A model generated the notes under the pieces. The model worked only from the letters and a program-made list of their open reading frames with translations. It did no database searches and was not told the origin of the DNA. DNA of 64,000 nucleotides from Macrostomum lignano (Eukaryota), in NCBI GenBank assembly GCA_002269645.1, contig NIVC01003912.1, positions 1 through 64,000 on the forward strand. Direction: 5' to 3'. The translations under genes and the position numbers were made by a program. Below, in pieces: positions 1 to 11,199 of the stretch; the stretch's first letter is position 1, and every line of letters begins with the position of its first letter.

Positions 1-560
1 AAACGATGTGGCGGCATCCTGTGTGAACTTAAATGGGCCTGCAAGAATCCATCTGCATGGTAAAGCATTCTACTGCAACTCAAAGTCAGGTTGTTCTGGC
101 TCTGGACGACGCATCAGTCTTCTGTACCTGTTTGCTCCAAGGGTAAGTTTTTCTGGTCTATGATCTATTTGCCACTCACCAAATAGTTATCTTCTGCTCT
201 CAAACGTTCCTCTCGTGCAATTGGCGCTGCAGAAATGAAGAGCTCGTTGTGGACCCGCTGAAGGACAATCTGTTTCAGCTGCAGTCGCTCTGCAGGTCTG
301 TCTTGTGGGGCGTGATTGTGAGGCTGCGACCCTTTCTCCGTAGTTGTCGCCCCGCTGTATTTCTGTAGCGTTGCAGACAAGTCGCCTGCTTCTAAACGAA
401 ACATCGCCTGTACACTGTTTGATTTCGACGCATGCTCACCACAAAACTGTACTGTTTTTTCGACCACCGGAACATCCCTTTTTCGTTCCGAGCTGCTTGC
501 GATCAAATGAACGTGCATGGGGCGGGTACATAATCGTAAAGCTTCTGAAGCTGTGCTACT
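1..560 (-). pseudogene. Degenerate FLYWCH/Mutator-like (MULE) transposase N-terminal remnant
   Basis: Frame-hopping minus-strand translation gives FDRKQ...W*ACVEIKQCTG...QPHNHAPQDRPAERLQLKQIVLQRV..., then LGANRYRRLMRRPEPEQPDF. The F..K..W.C....C....H-N-H spacing resembles a FLYWCH finger followed by the helical linker of FLYWCH-MULE elements. It contains stops and frameshifts, and the family assignment is by eye. Confidence 0.35.
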
Positions 561-782
561 TCTGCAGCAATATGGTGGCTCGATAGCAGATTGCAGGTCG
601 ACCGCGGACTTAAAACTGTGGGTCACAGACTTGACAGCGCCAGTCAAAAGACGTCTACCCTCTTTATAGATATTGATAGTCGCGAGCATTTATGCGATAT
701 TTTCCTAATTAATTTACATTGAAAATTAAAAAATTCGGAGATATTAAAGTACAATTCAGGACTGAATTAATTAATAAATTTA

Positions 783-1376
783 TGTAACGAACGTACCTTT
801 AAAAGCAGCGCCGAGCTTGTACATCGATTACTCTTAATTGACTGCACTGATAATGACAGCTGTACGTTTACACTATGACTCATCAACACTCGGCCTACTT
901 GGCCTTACTCTCACTCCAATACTCGCGCACCAACGCGCAACGCATATGTACGACTGGTATTATGTAGAACGCAAAGCACACCAGGAAAATGCAAAATGCA
1001 GAACTTAGCAAAATACAAATCGCTCTAGTGAAATGCAAAACAAACTTAGTGACAAACTAATTATAAAGTATAAGTATTACAAACGGAATCGCAAAATACG
1101 AGCGTATAACGGATTATTAAAATACAAAACGGTAAACGGATTCGGCAAATCAGAAAATTCGGCGATTCAGGATATCGGCAAGTCGGCCGGGTTTCCTGTG
1201 CCACCCCTTTGCTGGTCCTGAACTTTCCCCTCGCTCTGAGCTGTACCTTTCGATCCTCCTATGCAAAAGTCCTCGTTTCCAGCACTGAATAGACTGTCCT
1301 TTGCAGGCCTCGCATATAGAGTCCCTAATCGGCCATTTCTATCACAGTTTGGGGTCAAGAACTTACGTCTGTTACA
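783..1376 (-). mobile_element. Candidate LTR (solo or 3' LTR) of an LTR retrotransposon
   Basis: The 594-bp segment starts TGTAACGAACGTA and ends TACGTCTGTTACA (TG...CA, 11/13 inverted match). A GC hairpin CGCGGGA-G-TCCCGCG lies immediately outside it (about 1380-1394). No TSD, PBS or clear PPT was found. Confidence 0.33.
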
Positions 1377-4300
1377 AACCGCGGGAGTCCCGCGCGTCTC
1401 GTTAGAGAGGGAGTCACTACCGCGGTGTACTGACCTGCACAGGTGACTGCATGGTGGCCGCGGCGGTGGCCGCGCCTCTGGCGTGTACCTTCAAACAACT
1501 TTTTTGGCCCGCTGTCTAGATATAATGTGATATTGGCCGAAACGGACCACTAGGAACACTTCGTTCCTAGTGTAGTAGTCCTTGCGTACATGTACATGTA
1601 GTTACAGTCCTTTTGTTATTTAGCACAAGGATATGCCACAAATGGTAGTCAAAAAGTACGAGTATACCGTCTCGATCAAAATGGGTACGATGCAGATATA
1701 TAACCACAATAATATATGCCAATGATTCAATGAAAACCTGAATTTTTTTTTTCTTTTGGGGCCCTGCTCAGCTGGGGGGCCCATTGTGTCTGGCGATGAT
1801 GGCGCCCCTTAATTTTCCTTTGGGGTAGCAGTCCCAAATATTATCAATATTCTGAACTATTATATATCCAAAACAAACAGAAAAAAGACAGGACTGCCAG
1901 AAAACACAAGCATAGAAGTTGCCCCTCTGTAACTTCATACTATAAGCTCAGGTCCTCATCAAAAAGAAAAAAGGTCCTCACCACAACCCTCAGTTTGCTC
2001 AGTATGGCGCCCCGATCTAGTGAACATTATGGCGGCCCCCTCTAGTGTATATTATGGCACCCCTCCCAATCTCGAAGTTAAAATCCATCTCCCTCATTTT
2101 AGTTTATATTTCTAAATCCACCTCTGCCCTCAGCTTCTGTTGAGACTATGTATTGTATTTCACATCAACGGACCAGTTGTTTCCACTTTTTGTTATGTCG
2201 CAAAGTACAATAATTCGTGTCCAATTTAAATTGGCAAATCCGAGGCGTTAAAACAGGTCCTACCTACCTACCTGGGTCGTTCGCAAATTCTAGGAGGAGC
2301 AAAAATTTTAACAATTTTCCGAACATTTACTATTGTTACTGCCATATTGAAAATAATAGGACACTTTTATCTGTGAATAAAGATAATTTTTGGGTTAAAC
2401 TTTATCATGCAAAAGTGTTTTTTAATCATCTGGCGGTATTAAGCGATAATTAGCGATGAAAAAATTCAAATTCAATCATTTCACCGATGTTAATTTTTGG
2501 TACTACAAGATGTCTGTAGCTAAAAAAAAGTTGTTGTTGTGTTGAAACCTTGCTATATTACATTTAAAATTAAAGCTTATATAAATTTAATTTAAGATTT
2601 TTTTAAAGCTCAATAAACTGCACTATAAATGATTTTATAGACGCTTAACTGTACGCCTAGCATTTCCGGTGGGATAGCCTCTTTGCGTCTCACAAAATGT
2701 ATTTTTTCAGCTGACGTCTAGAATGTGCGCTTAAAATGATACATTTTGATGCAGATAATTAGAAAAACATGTCTTTTTATCTTTTTGTAAAAAATTGTTA
2801 TGAAATAGAGCACTATTGTTGATAAAAATAATTAAAAGCAACCATGCATCGCAATAAACTCCTACTTTGAAGCACAAAATAAATATCCTGTAACCACACT
2901 AGCATTCTCCATGGAGCACCTTTTGAGCTGAAATTTTACACAGATATCCAGTAAAGTAAACTGAGCAAATGATTTTTTTTGTTTTTGAAAATACTTCAAT
3001 TTGGCTATGTATCAGTTAGTACATTGGACATATTTATTATATTTTTATTAAAATCCTTGTAACCAAGCTACAGAGAAACATGTGCAAAACTGGACCTTGA
3101 AATTTGACCTGAATGATCAGCAAATGTGTATCTCGAAATGATTTTTTTTGTTTTCATCAAGTCATTCTATGCTAATTTTTTCTGAAGGTAAAGATACCAT
3201 ATATTTAGAGTCAATAGGGGAAGCATTTAGACTTATTCAATAGTCATTAAAATTGCAACTATATTATTATAATATAGTAATAATATTATACATGTATTAT
3301 ATAGTAATATTAACTTCTAAGATGCCCTTATAAATTTAAGTAAAGACAACAGGCCTTAATTAATTAATCAGCATTTTGAAGAAACTGACCTTATACAGAT
3401 GGGCCCCAAGCTAAGAAATGAATGTAGAGCTTATTTCGTGTAAGGTATAAAAATCAATTTATTAAAATATTAAATACTTCTAATAAATTGGTTAAATTAG
3501 TTATTTACCTTGAATTAATTTAATTTTAATAATTAAATATATAAATTTGTTTCACTTCTTACTGCATTTAAATAGAGTACCTCTCTACTATACTATAGAA
3601 GTATAGTAAAAGTACATGGTAAAAAAGTATAGTAAAAAATTTTCTTTGGTTTAATCCCAGCTTGCCTCAGTTTTTTAGTCTTAATACGAGCTAGATAGTA
3701 AGTGTTGATTAATTTGCTCCATCACCTTTTGCCACGGAAACAGCACATGTCGGACATGCAACACTCTTCCTGATCCCTGGATTCAAGATGACTGCTTCTG
3801 CTTCTTCAATGCTTGAAAACTGAGCTCATGGAGCTTTAGGTTATGCTGTCAGAGTGCTGCTGCCGGTGCTGTGTGTGTATGTGTGTGTCTTCTGCGGGTA
3901 GGTTCCATGTCCCTCAGTTTAGCCACTGTTGTGGGCTAACTGGAGGAATTGCCGTTGTCGGTGCTGCAGGTGGCACTGCATGGTAGTATTGACGCTGTCA
4001 GTGACGCTGGCAAAGGCTTGGACGAAGCTAGGTGCCGTCATTGTCAGAAGGACATGCGTGTGCTGCTTAGACCAGTGCGCACATTCGACTGGACTCGTAT
4101 CTGGTGCAGTCTGGTGTATTCACTGAGATTGTGTGGATCTGCCTCCTCGCATCACCTCAACCAGGCTCAATTTCTTTTGTAGAATTTTCGTGCGCTGCTT
4201 AACTGCATCTTGTGCCTGCTGAGTGATGCCAAGAATTGTGCCACACAATAATTTGGCCCATAAACTACTCGTATATTATACATATGTATGCACAGCACAC

Positions 4301-6766
4301 ACACACGCAGTTCATTCATATTAAATGTACTAGTTAATGGAATTCTCATCTCATGAGCTCTAGTCTATGGACAAACCTGAAATTACTAGAATATCTAGAT
4401 AGATCTAAACTTCTTTGAGCAGCGCGTTGCGCTGCGAGCAAAATACATGTAGATTCCTTAGCGCAACTAATTAATAGTGTAGTACAGTCTACAGCCTGAA
4501 GTAGCCTGTGTAAGATGCGGAGGGATGATTTTTGCATAGGAAGCCACTACGGTAAGGTTGATGGAACTATGGGGAGGTGAGAGATTCAAAGCGAGGGACG
4601 GAAGCCATGCATAGTTCGATCATAAGTTTGATTATTCCATGAGTCTGGGGATGCATTAACGAGAGGCGGACGAGAGCATAGAAATAAAGCGGGCTAAATA
4701 TATTAATACACAAAATTACATGTACTAGCTAGTAATTTCAGAATGGTCAGCGACTCCTCCGATTTGTATCCGCGACCGCGTGCCCACAAATCCCCCGGCA
4801 GACCCTGTCGCAGTTGGTGGTTGTGCACAGAATACAATGTTAATTTTCGAGCTTCTCTGCAAAAAATGCGTGATGCACTCAAGATGCGTGCTATAGTCTA
4901 CTTCTTTGATTGATGGCTGGGTTTTGCCTTTTCGCTTGTGATCATCAAAAGCTTGGGCGTCATTGCTACTGGTGTTTCAGTGTGCGCATTATGTCTGGTT
5001 ATCATATTATGTGCATGTGCAGTGTCTTTTACCTACATTTTTGTTTGTCTCTGTTTCCTGCATGCTCTTTCGCATTTTTACACCTCGCACACCCTCATTT
5101 TTCTCAATTAACAAGTGAAATCTTTTTTTAAAGACTAACTGCTATTTTAGTTAAGCTAGTAGGTTTTTGGTAATTAAATAATTCAATTTTGTCTATTTTC
5201 CAAAAAGTTTCAAAAAATGAATTGATTAAAATAAATTTGAATTATTTTAAGTTAATTGGAGTAAAATGTCTAATAAGTAACTATAATTTTTTATTTTAAG
5301 TACATGCAGCTTTGGTATAAGTATTAATGTAATAAGTACTTAAAGTAAAATCAAGCAAGTTATAGTTTTCAGAAATTATGCTACAAATAATCAAATATAT
5401 ACTAGAATCCGAATTCCTTTATTAAGGAACATGCAGTTGATATTAAATCCACAATGTGCTTTTTGGTGTTCAAGGATAGTTCCCTGACTTTTTCTATTAT
5501 TAGTTAGATTTTATTATATTTAATGTAAAAATGAACAATTCTATTCACCGTAAAAATGAACATTCTTTATTTGTCGAATCATCTTGACTTTGAAAAGATA
5601 CATAGTGAAAACTTGATTTTTAATTCAACTTTTCAAGACTTATTTAGACTTCTTAATTCAGTGATTAGTTAAACTGATCGAAGTCCTTTCGAGTGCATGC
5701 TATAATAATTTCGCACTTTTTCGCACACGATAATTTTAAATGTCTGGGATTTAGAGCAGAGTAACAAAATGCTGTGCTCAAAAACATTTCCTTTGTCAAT
5801 TTCTTGTTCTTTTATTTTTGCAAAAGAAATTTAACTGCATATTTAAAATAAAAATAGAAGAAAATTTTATTTTCTCTTTAATATTTTTGTCGTTTATTTT
5901 CCGCAACAAAGAATAACAAATAGCCTTGATTTCTTCTCAATTTCAAGTTTTCTTGTGGTTTTAGTAGCAGCTTCTTACAGAAATTGTCGAAATAATTTTT
6001 TTTGTACGATTATTGGTCGATGTATAAACTTTTTTTGCAATAACAAAAAGTTGTGACCTAGCTTTGAGAACGACCCACCTATGTTACAGACGTATGTACA
6101 GACAGTACGTCTCCTAATCTTCTTCAGCACTGCATGCTGATGTCCCTTGCACTGATCGAGCTGTTATGAGACGAAACGTAAAAACAATGGAGGACATCTT
6201 TTTTGTTTTTAGACCCAAAGCATTGACCATTGGCATTGGCATGATTTGGAGGCAAATTTCAATTTTCCTAGTTATTCTTGAATTTCTTGTATCTTGACTA
6301 GTTTTTATCCATCAAGACAAATGTTTGTTTAAATTTTGACCAATCTGAGATGCATTGGGTTTTTGTGATTAAATGCAAATGGCCAAATGATAGAATGACC
6401 ACATATCTTTTTATGCATTGGGCATAGACATGGCTGTTCTATTATCTAGAGATAGGACATAGGCCTATTTATTTGGAATATTTGGAATTAAATCAAATTG
6501 ATAAAATTTTTATAGAAAATGTAGTTCTTTATCTAATATATCCTAAGGGACAAAAGACCTAGGCTAAAATGAATTTTAAAAAAATATTCAAATCTATTAT
6601 TCTATTGACTATTGTAAGACCCTAATATTTGATATAAATAACCAGTTTAAATTTTCATAGGCTAGGCCTATTTTGCAAATTTTTTGTGATTATTTTTTGG
6701 TCAAAATAAAATTTAGTTGTAGACCTATAAAGTACCTATAAAGTAGACCTATAAGTTAAAAAATAG

Positions 6767-7451
6767 TAGAGCTGTCACGAGATCTCGACGAGACAAGATT
6801 TGAGACAAGATCTCGACATTTTTTCTCGTCTCGAGAAATCTCGAATTTTGTCAAGAAATTCGAGACGAGATTCAAGAATTTTTCCGATACCTTTTTTCAA
6901 AAGCTTTTAAGTGATAAAATATAAAAAGGGGAGCAAATTTTCATATAAATACAACTGTTTGTTGTAACATGCTTGATAGGGCAATTTTCAAATGGTAAAA
7001 TCTAGCCAATGTTGAGCAGTTATTTAACGAACGTTGTTATATACGAGTTTGCATTGCATATGTGCTCTTTTAGTTATCATTTCAGTTCTGCAGCAAGGTG
7101 TATCATAGCAGACTTGAAGATAATCTGCACAGGTCTTTTGACAAATTAGTAATAGACATAGTAGGGCCAAGGGCCTATATGCTACAAGCATAAATTCTTA
7201 TGAATAAATAGCAAAGAATTAAAACTAGAATTAAGAAAGTATTCTAGAAAATCTAAAAAATATTTTTTTAGAATTGTATTTTATCAAGAAATTTAAGACA
7301 AGATAAGGCAAGATAAAAGCAAGACAAGATGCAATTCTGAAATATATTTTTTAGATTTACTTTGTCTTGTCTCGTCTCGAAATTCTCGACTTATAAGCCT
7401 TTCTCGTCTCGAATCTCGTCTCGAATAAAATCTCTAATTTTGACAGCTCTA
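6767..7451. mobile_element. hAT-type MITE (685 bp)
   Basis: 11-bp TIR TAGAGCTGTCA (6767-6777) / TGACAGCTCTA (7441-7451), exact 8-bp TSD AAAAATAG at 6759-6766 and 7452-7459, and multiple subterminal CTCGAC/GAGAC/CTCGTCTCG repeats at both ends. Confidence 0.9.
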
Positions 7452-7576
7452 AAAAATAGACATTTAATTTATAGTATACTGTATAGGCTATAGCAAAAGA
7501 GGACAACATTTTAGTTTTGGCCTACCATTATTTTGCCATTTTCTTTTTTTAGTTGGTTTTCAAAGGTCCTAGGCCC

Positions 7577-7792
7577 TAGTCATTTCGTCAACTGGAATTT
7601 TGTCAATTGGCCATTTCATCAACTCTGTTTTATCACTGGTCATTTCGTCAACTAGCCAATGAAGGGATCTCAAACCTCGGTCACTTCATCAACTGGCCAA
7701 CAAGAAGTGTTCCAGCATTGGTCACTTCGTCAACTGCTAATAAACTACCCCCAGCAGCCGCAAAAAGATAAAACTGAACCCTGAAATGACTA
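7577..7792. mobile_element. Small MITE-like element with internal direct repeats
   Basis: 10-bp inverted ends TAGTCATTTC (7577-7586) / GAAATGACTA (7783-7792) and about 6 internal copies of (G)GTCA(T/C)TTC(G/A)TCAACT. No TSD confirmed. Confidence 0.4.
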
Positions 7793-8129
7793 AGTTGACA
7801 GGCTAATTAATATTTATACCCTTCTCCAATATTTGCCAGCTTTTGATCGATGCATCTCTATTATATGCTTGTACATATACTAACAAAATATAATGTGCTC
7901 ATGTTTGAAATTTGTGCAGCATGACGGGGTTGACATCCTATGTTACACATTTGTATATGTTAAATTTTGAATGCAAAAGTTAATTAAGAAGTAGTACATG
8001 TAGTTGAGGAGTACCCGGACCAAAAATAATGCTTTAAGTGGCCAGGTCCTCTATTTGCAAAACATACATATAGAAAGCATTCCAAATCAAGCCATTACAT
8101 ACATGAATGTGGTCATCTATGACTTCGCA

Positions 8130-8345
8130 GCAGGTCACTTGGATGGAACAGGTCGGCGTGGTGATACAAAAGCCGCGTTGGTTACTCGCGTAGGCAAACT
8201 TAACTTGAAAGCAGCGTACAGTAGGCCAGTGTACACGCACCGCATCAACTTGTTGCTCGAGTGACTTCATTAGCGTCTAGGTCTTGACAGTGTACAGCAG
8301 GACAGTCTCGATCACCGCCTTGCCTGGAACAACGCTGTCTTCTAG
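8130..8345 (-). mobile_element. Decayed RTE-clade non-LTR retrotransposon ORF2 C-terminal fragment
   Basis: Minus-strand translation with two frame hops reads LFQA/AVIETVLLYTVKT*TLMKSLEQQVDA/VYTGLLYAAFKLSLPTRVTNAAF. This matches the post-RT motif of RTE elements (F.A.VE.VLLYG.ETWTL.K.LE..LDG.YTRLLR.AL.+SW..+VTN). Confidence 0.62.
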
Positions 8346-9537
8346 CAGTCAGCTATACATTAAGCTGGCCTTGGACTGCAGGACTCCCCTAGACTACATG
8401 TAAATGTACTGTAGCTCAAGCCAGTAGTGTCGGAACATATTTCAGAGTGGGGGGGCTATTGATGGGAGGGCACATTGCACATAATTTCTTCTAATCCAAG
8501 GGCACCCAAACTGCTGCTATTATATAAGTTTGTGTGGCAATATGACATAACCAGGCCATTCAATTCTGTGTTGGAGTAGCCAAAAGTCTAGCTGAAAATG
8601 CTCAAATTTTCAACTAATTCAAACATTGCGCAACTGTACTGCACTCATTTCAAGGGCTGCGCTTAAGTGACTTCAGTGGTCTTTGACTATTTTATTATTT
8701 ATTAATTATTTGAAATAAAACCAAGTATAATAAAACATCAATATTCAAGGCTCTCTATATAAACATTAATTTTAAGGCTAATAAAATTATATAATAAAAT
8801 TTTAATTTTTTGGCTAAATGTAGGATCTAATATTTTAATAATTGTATTATTTATAAGTAAAATAAACCTATTGGAATAGAAAGATGAATTATCATTTTAT
8901 AATTTACACTCATTTGTTTAGCTATGGTATATATTTATTTTATAGTATAAGCAATGTTTATATTTTATTAATTCTTTGCTGTAGTGTATTTTACAACTTC
9001 AAGTAGTAATATTAGGTAATTATTTATATTCTTAATGGTTCAATCTATAATGTCTTTTCTTATTGCTAAAAGTTTATATTTTACACAAATAGCATTTGTT
9101 CAAAACCTTGTATTCATGCTTTGAATTACTTTATTTTCAAATACAAATGAAGCTACTCATATCAATAGCATTTTTAAGTAGTATGGCCCACATTGTATGT
9201 TCATTGTCATGTGAGCAATACTTCAATAACTTGGAAAAAGGAATCCTCAAGGATCTTATTGGACTAAAGTAAGTATCAAGTATAAATTAATATGGTATTT
9301 ATGAATCACATACAGAATTTTTTTAATGTCTAAATGTATTTTAACTTAAAAATCATAATTAAGCAACAAAATTAACTCAACTCAAGCAAAGTTTTTGAGG
9401 AGCTCCAAAATCAAATATTAGTACAAATTAGTAGGGGGTCACAGACAGAGAACCAGGGGGCAGACAGGCTTTTGGTGATTTCAATCCAATGAACTCAATT
9501 CTTAACTTGATAATCTCACTGGCCTATCACTGCTCAG

Positions 9538-9888
9538 GGTGAAGGACTCATCTGGCCAGTTTGCATTCGGCTTGTGCTCGGACGCGGACTCGAGTCTGGC
9601 TGGGGCTGGCCTGGTCCAGCTGGACAAAGCTGCCGGCAATCGAGTGCTCGGTCGCTGGGGCCAGTTCTATGCCACTGCCGGTCGCGGCTGGGTGGAGCTG
9701 GTGTACATGGGCGGCAAGGCCAGTGCCGAGGACTTGGCCGATGGCAACTGCAGCAGCACAGTGGGCTGGTCAGCTCACACGATGCTCATCTGCGATGCCA
9801 CCGAGCGCAGTGGTAGTTTCCGTTATATCGGCCGGGTTGCCATGGGCAACGGGTCTGGCTGCTACTCGCTGTTCGAGCTGCTGCACAG
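9538..9888 (+). CDS. M6PR: Cation-dependent mannose-6-phosphate receptor-like, lumenal MRH-domain exon
   Basis: Acceptor tgctcag| at 9537 and donor CACAG|gtgcgg at 9889 (phase 2). Translation: VKDSSGQFAFGLCSD...GAGLVQLDK...NRVLGRW...WVELVYMGG...CSS...TMLICD...CYSLFELLH, with the FxVC/GLVQ/VxGR/W+.L.Y.GG/C..LFE pattern of CD-MPR. The upstream signal-peptide exon was not identified. Confidence 0.88.
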
Positions 9889-9937
9889 GTGCGGAGCGGG
9901 GGAATTGCTCAATTCTTTGTACTGCTTCCTGGCATCC

Positions 9938-11126
9938 ACCACTGTGTCCATCAGTAGCACCCAGTATCCCCCTGTGTCCATCAGTAGCACCCAATATCCC
10001 CCTGTGTCCATCAGTAGCCCCCAATATCCTGTGTCTATCAGTAGCACCCAATATCCCCTGTGTCCATCAGTAGCCCCCAATATCCCCCTGTGTCCATCAG
10101 CAGCCCCCAATATCCCCCTGTGTCCATCAGTAACCCCCAATATCCCCACTGTGTCCATCAGTAGCCCCCAAAATCCCCCTGTGTCCATCAGTAGCCCCCA
10201 ATACCCCCCTGTGTCCATCAGTAACCCCCAAAATCCCCCTGTGTCCATCAGTAGCCCCCAATACCCCCCTGTGTCCATCAGCAGCCCCCAATATCCCCCT
10301 GTGTCCATCACTAGCACCCAATATCCTGTGTCCAGTAGCACCCAATATCCTGTGTCCATCACTAGCACCCAATATCCTGTGTCCATCAGTAGCACCCAAT
10401 ATCCTGTGTCCATCACTAGCACCCAATATCCTGTGTCCATCAGTAGCACCCAATATCCTGTGTCCATCACTAGCACCCAATATCCTGTGTCCATCAGTAG
10501 CACCCAATATCCTGTGTCCATCACTAGCACCCAATATCCTGTGTCCATCACTAGCCCCCAATATCCTGTGTCCATCTGTAGCCCCCAATATCCCCCTGTG
10601 TCCATCAGTAGCCCCCAATATCCCCCTGTGTCCATCAGCAGCCCCCAATATCCCCCTGTGTCCATCAGTAGCCCCCAATATCCCCCTGTGTCCATCAGTA
10701 GCCCCCAATATCCCCCTGTGTCCATCAGCAGCCCCCAATATCCCCCTGTGTCCATCGTAGCCCCCAATATCCCCCTGTGTCCATCAGTAGCCCCCAATAT
10801 CCCCCTGTGTCCATCAGCAGCCCCCAATATCCCCCTGTGTCCATCAGTAGCCCCCAATATCCCCCTGTGTCCATCAGTAACCCCCAATATCCCCCTGTGT
10901 CCATCAGTAGCCCCCAATATCCCCCTGTGTCCATCAGTAGCCCCCAATATCCCCCTGTGTCCATCAGCAGCCCCCAATATTCCCCTGTGTCCATCAGTAG
11001 CCCCCAATATCCCCCTGTGTCCATCAGTAGCCCCCAATATCCCCCTGTGTCCATCAGCAGCCCCCAATATCCCCCTGTGTCCATCGTAGCCCCCAATATC
11101 CCCCTGTGTCCATCAGTAGCCCCCAA
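9938..11126. repeat. 29-bp minisatellite (CCCCAATATCCCCCTGTGTCCATCAGTAGC-type), left part; includes 26-bp variant units
   Basis: About 40 tandem units starting about 50 nt after the M6PR donor. It breaks at ...CCCCAA (11126). Confidence 0.97.
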
Positions 11127-11199
11127 CTAGCCAATTCCAACCCCCGTTGGGGCTTTCCGTCCAAACTCCAATCACAGTTTTTCCACGCAATAAAATTTC

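Noticed and set aside
4740-5130. Possible CRESS-Rep, BED-finger or hAT remnant
   Set aside because: Only isolated residues matched in different frames; insufficient to support any family.
9889-11130. Long ORFs (516, 401, 203 aa and others) with [10 protein letters not shown] / [10 protein letters not shown] / [10 protein letters not shown] repeats, resembling a mucin-tailed receptor
   Set aside because: These are translations of the 29-bp intronic satellite, open in several frames on both strands. The real M6PR exon ends at the 9888 donor and joins 16219 in phase.
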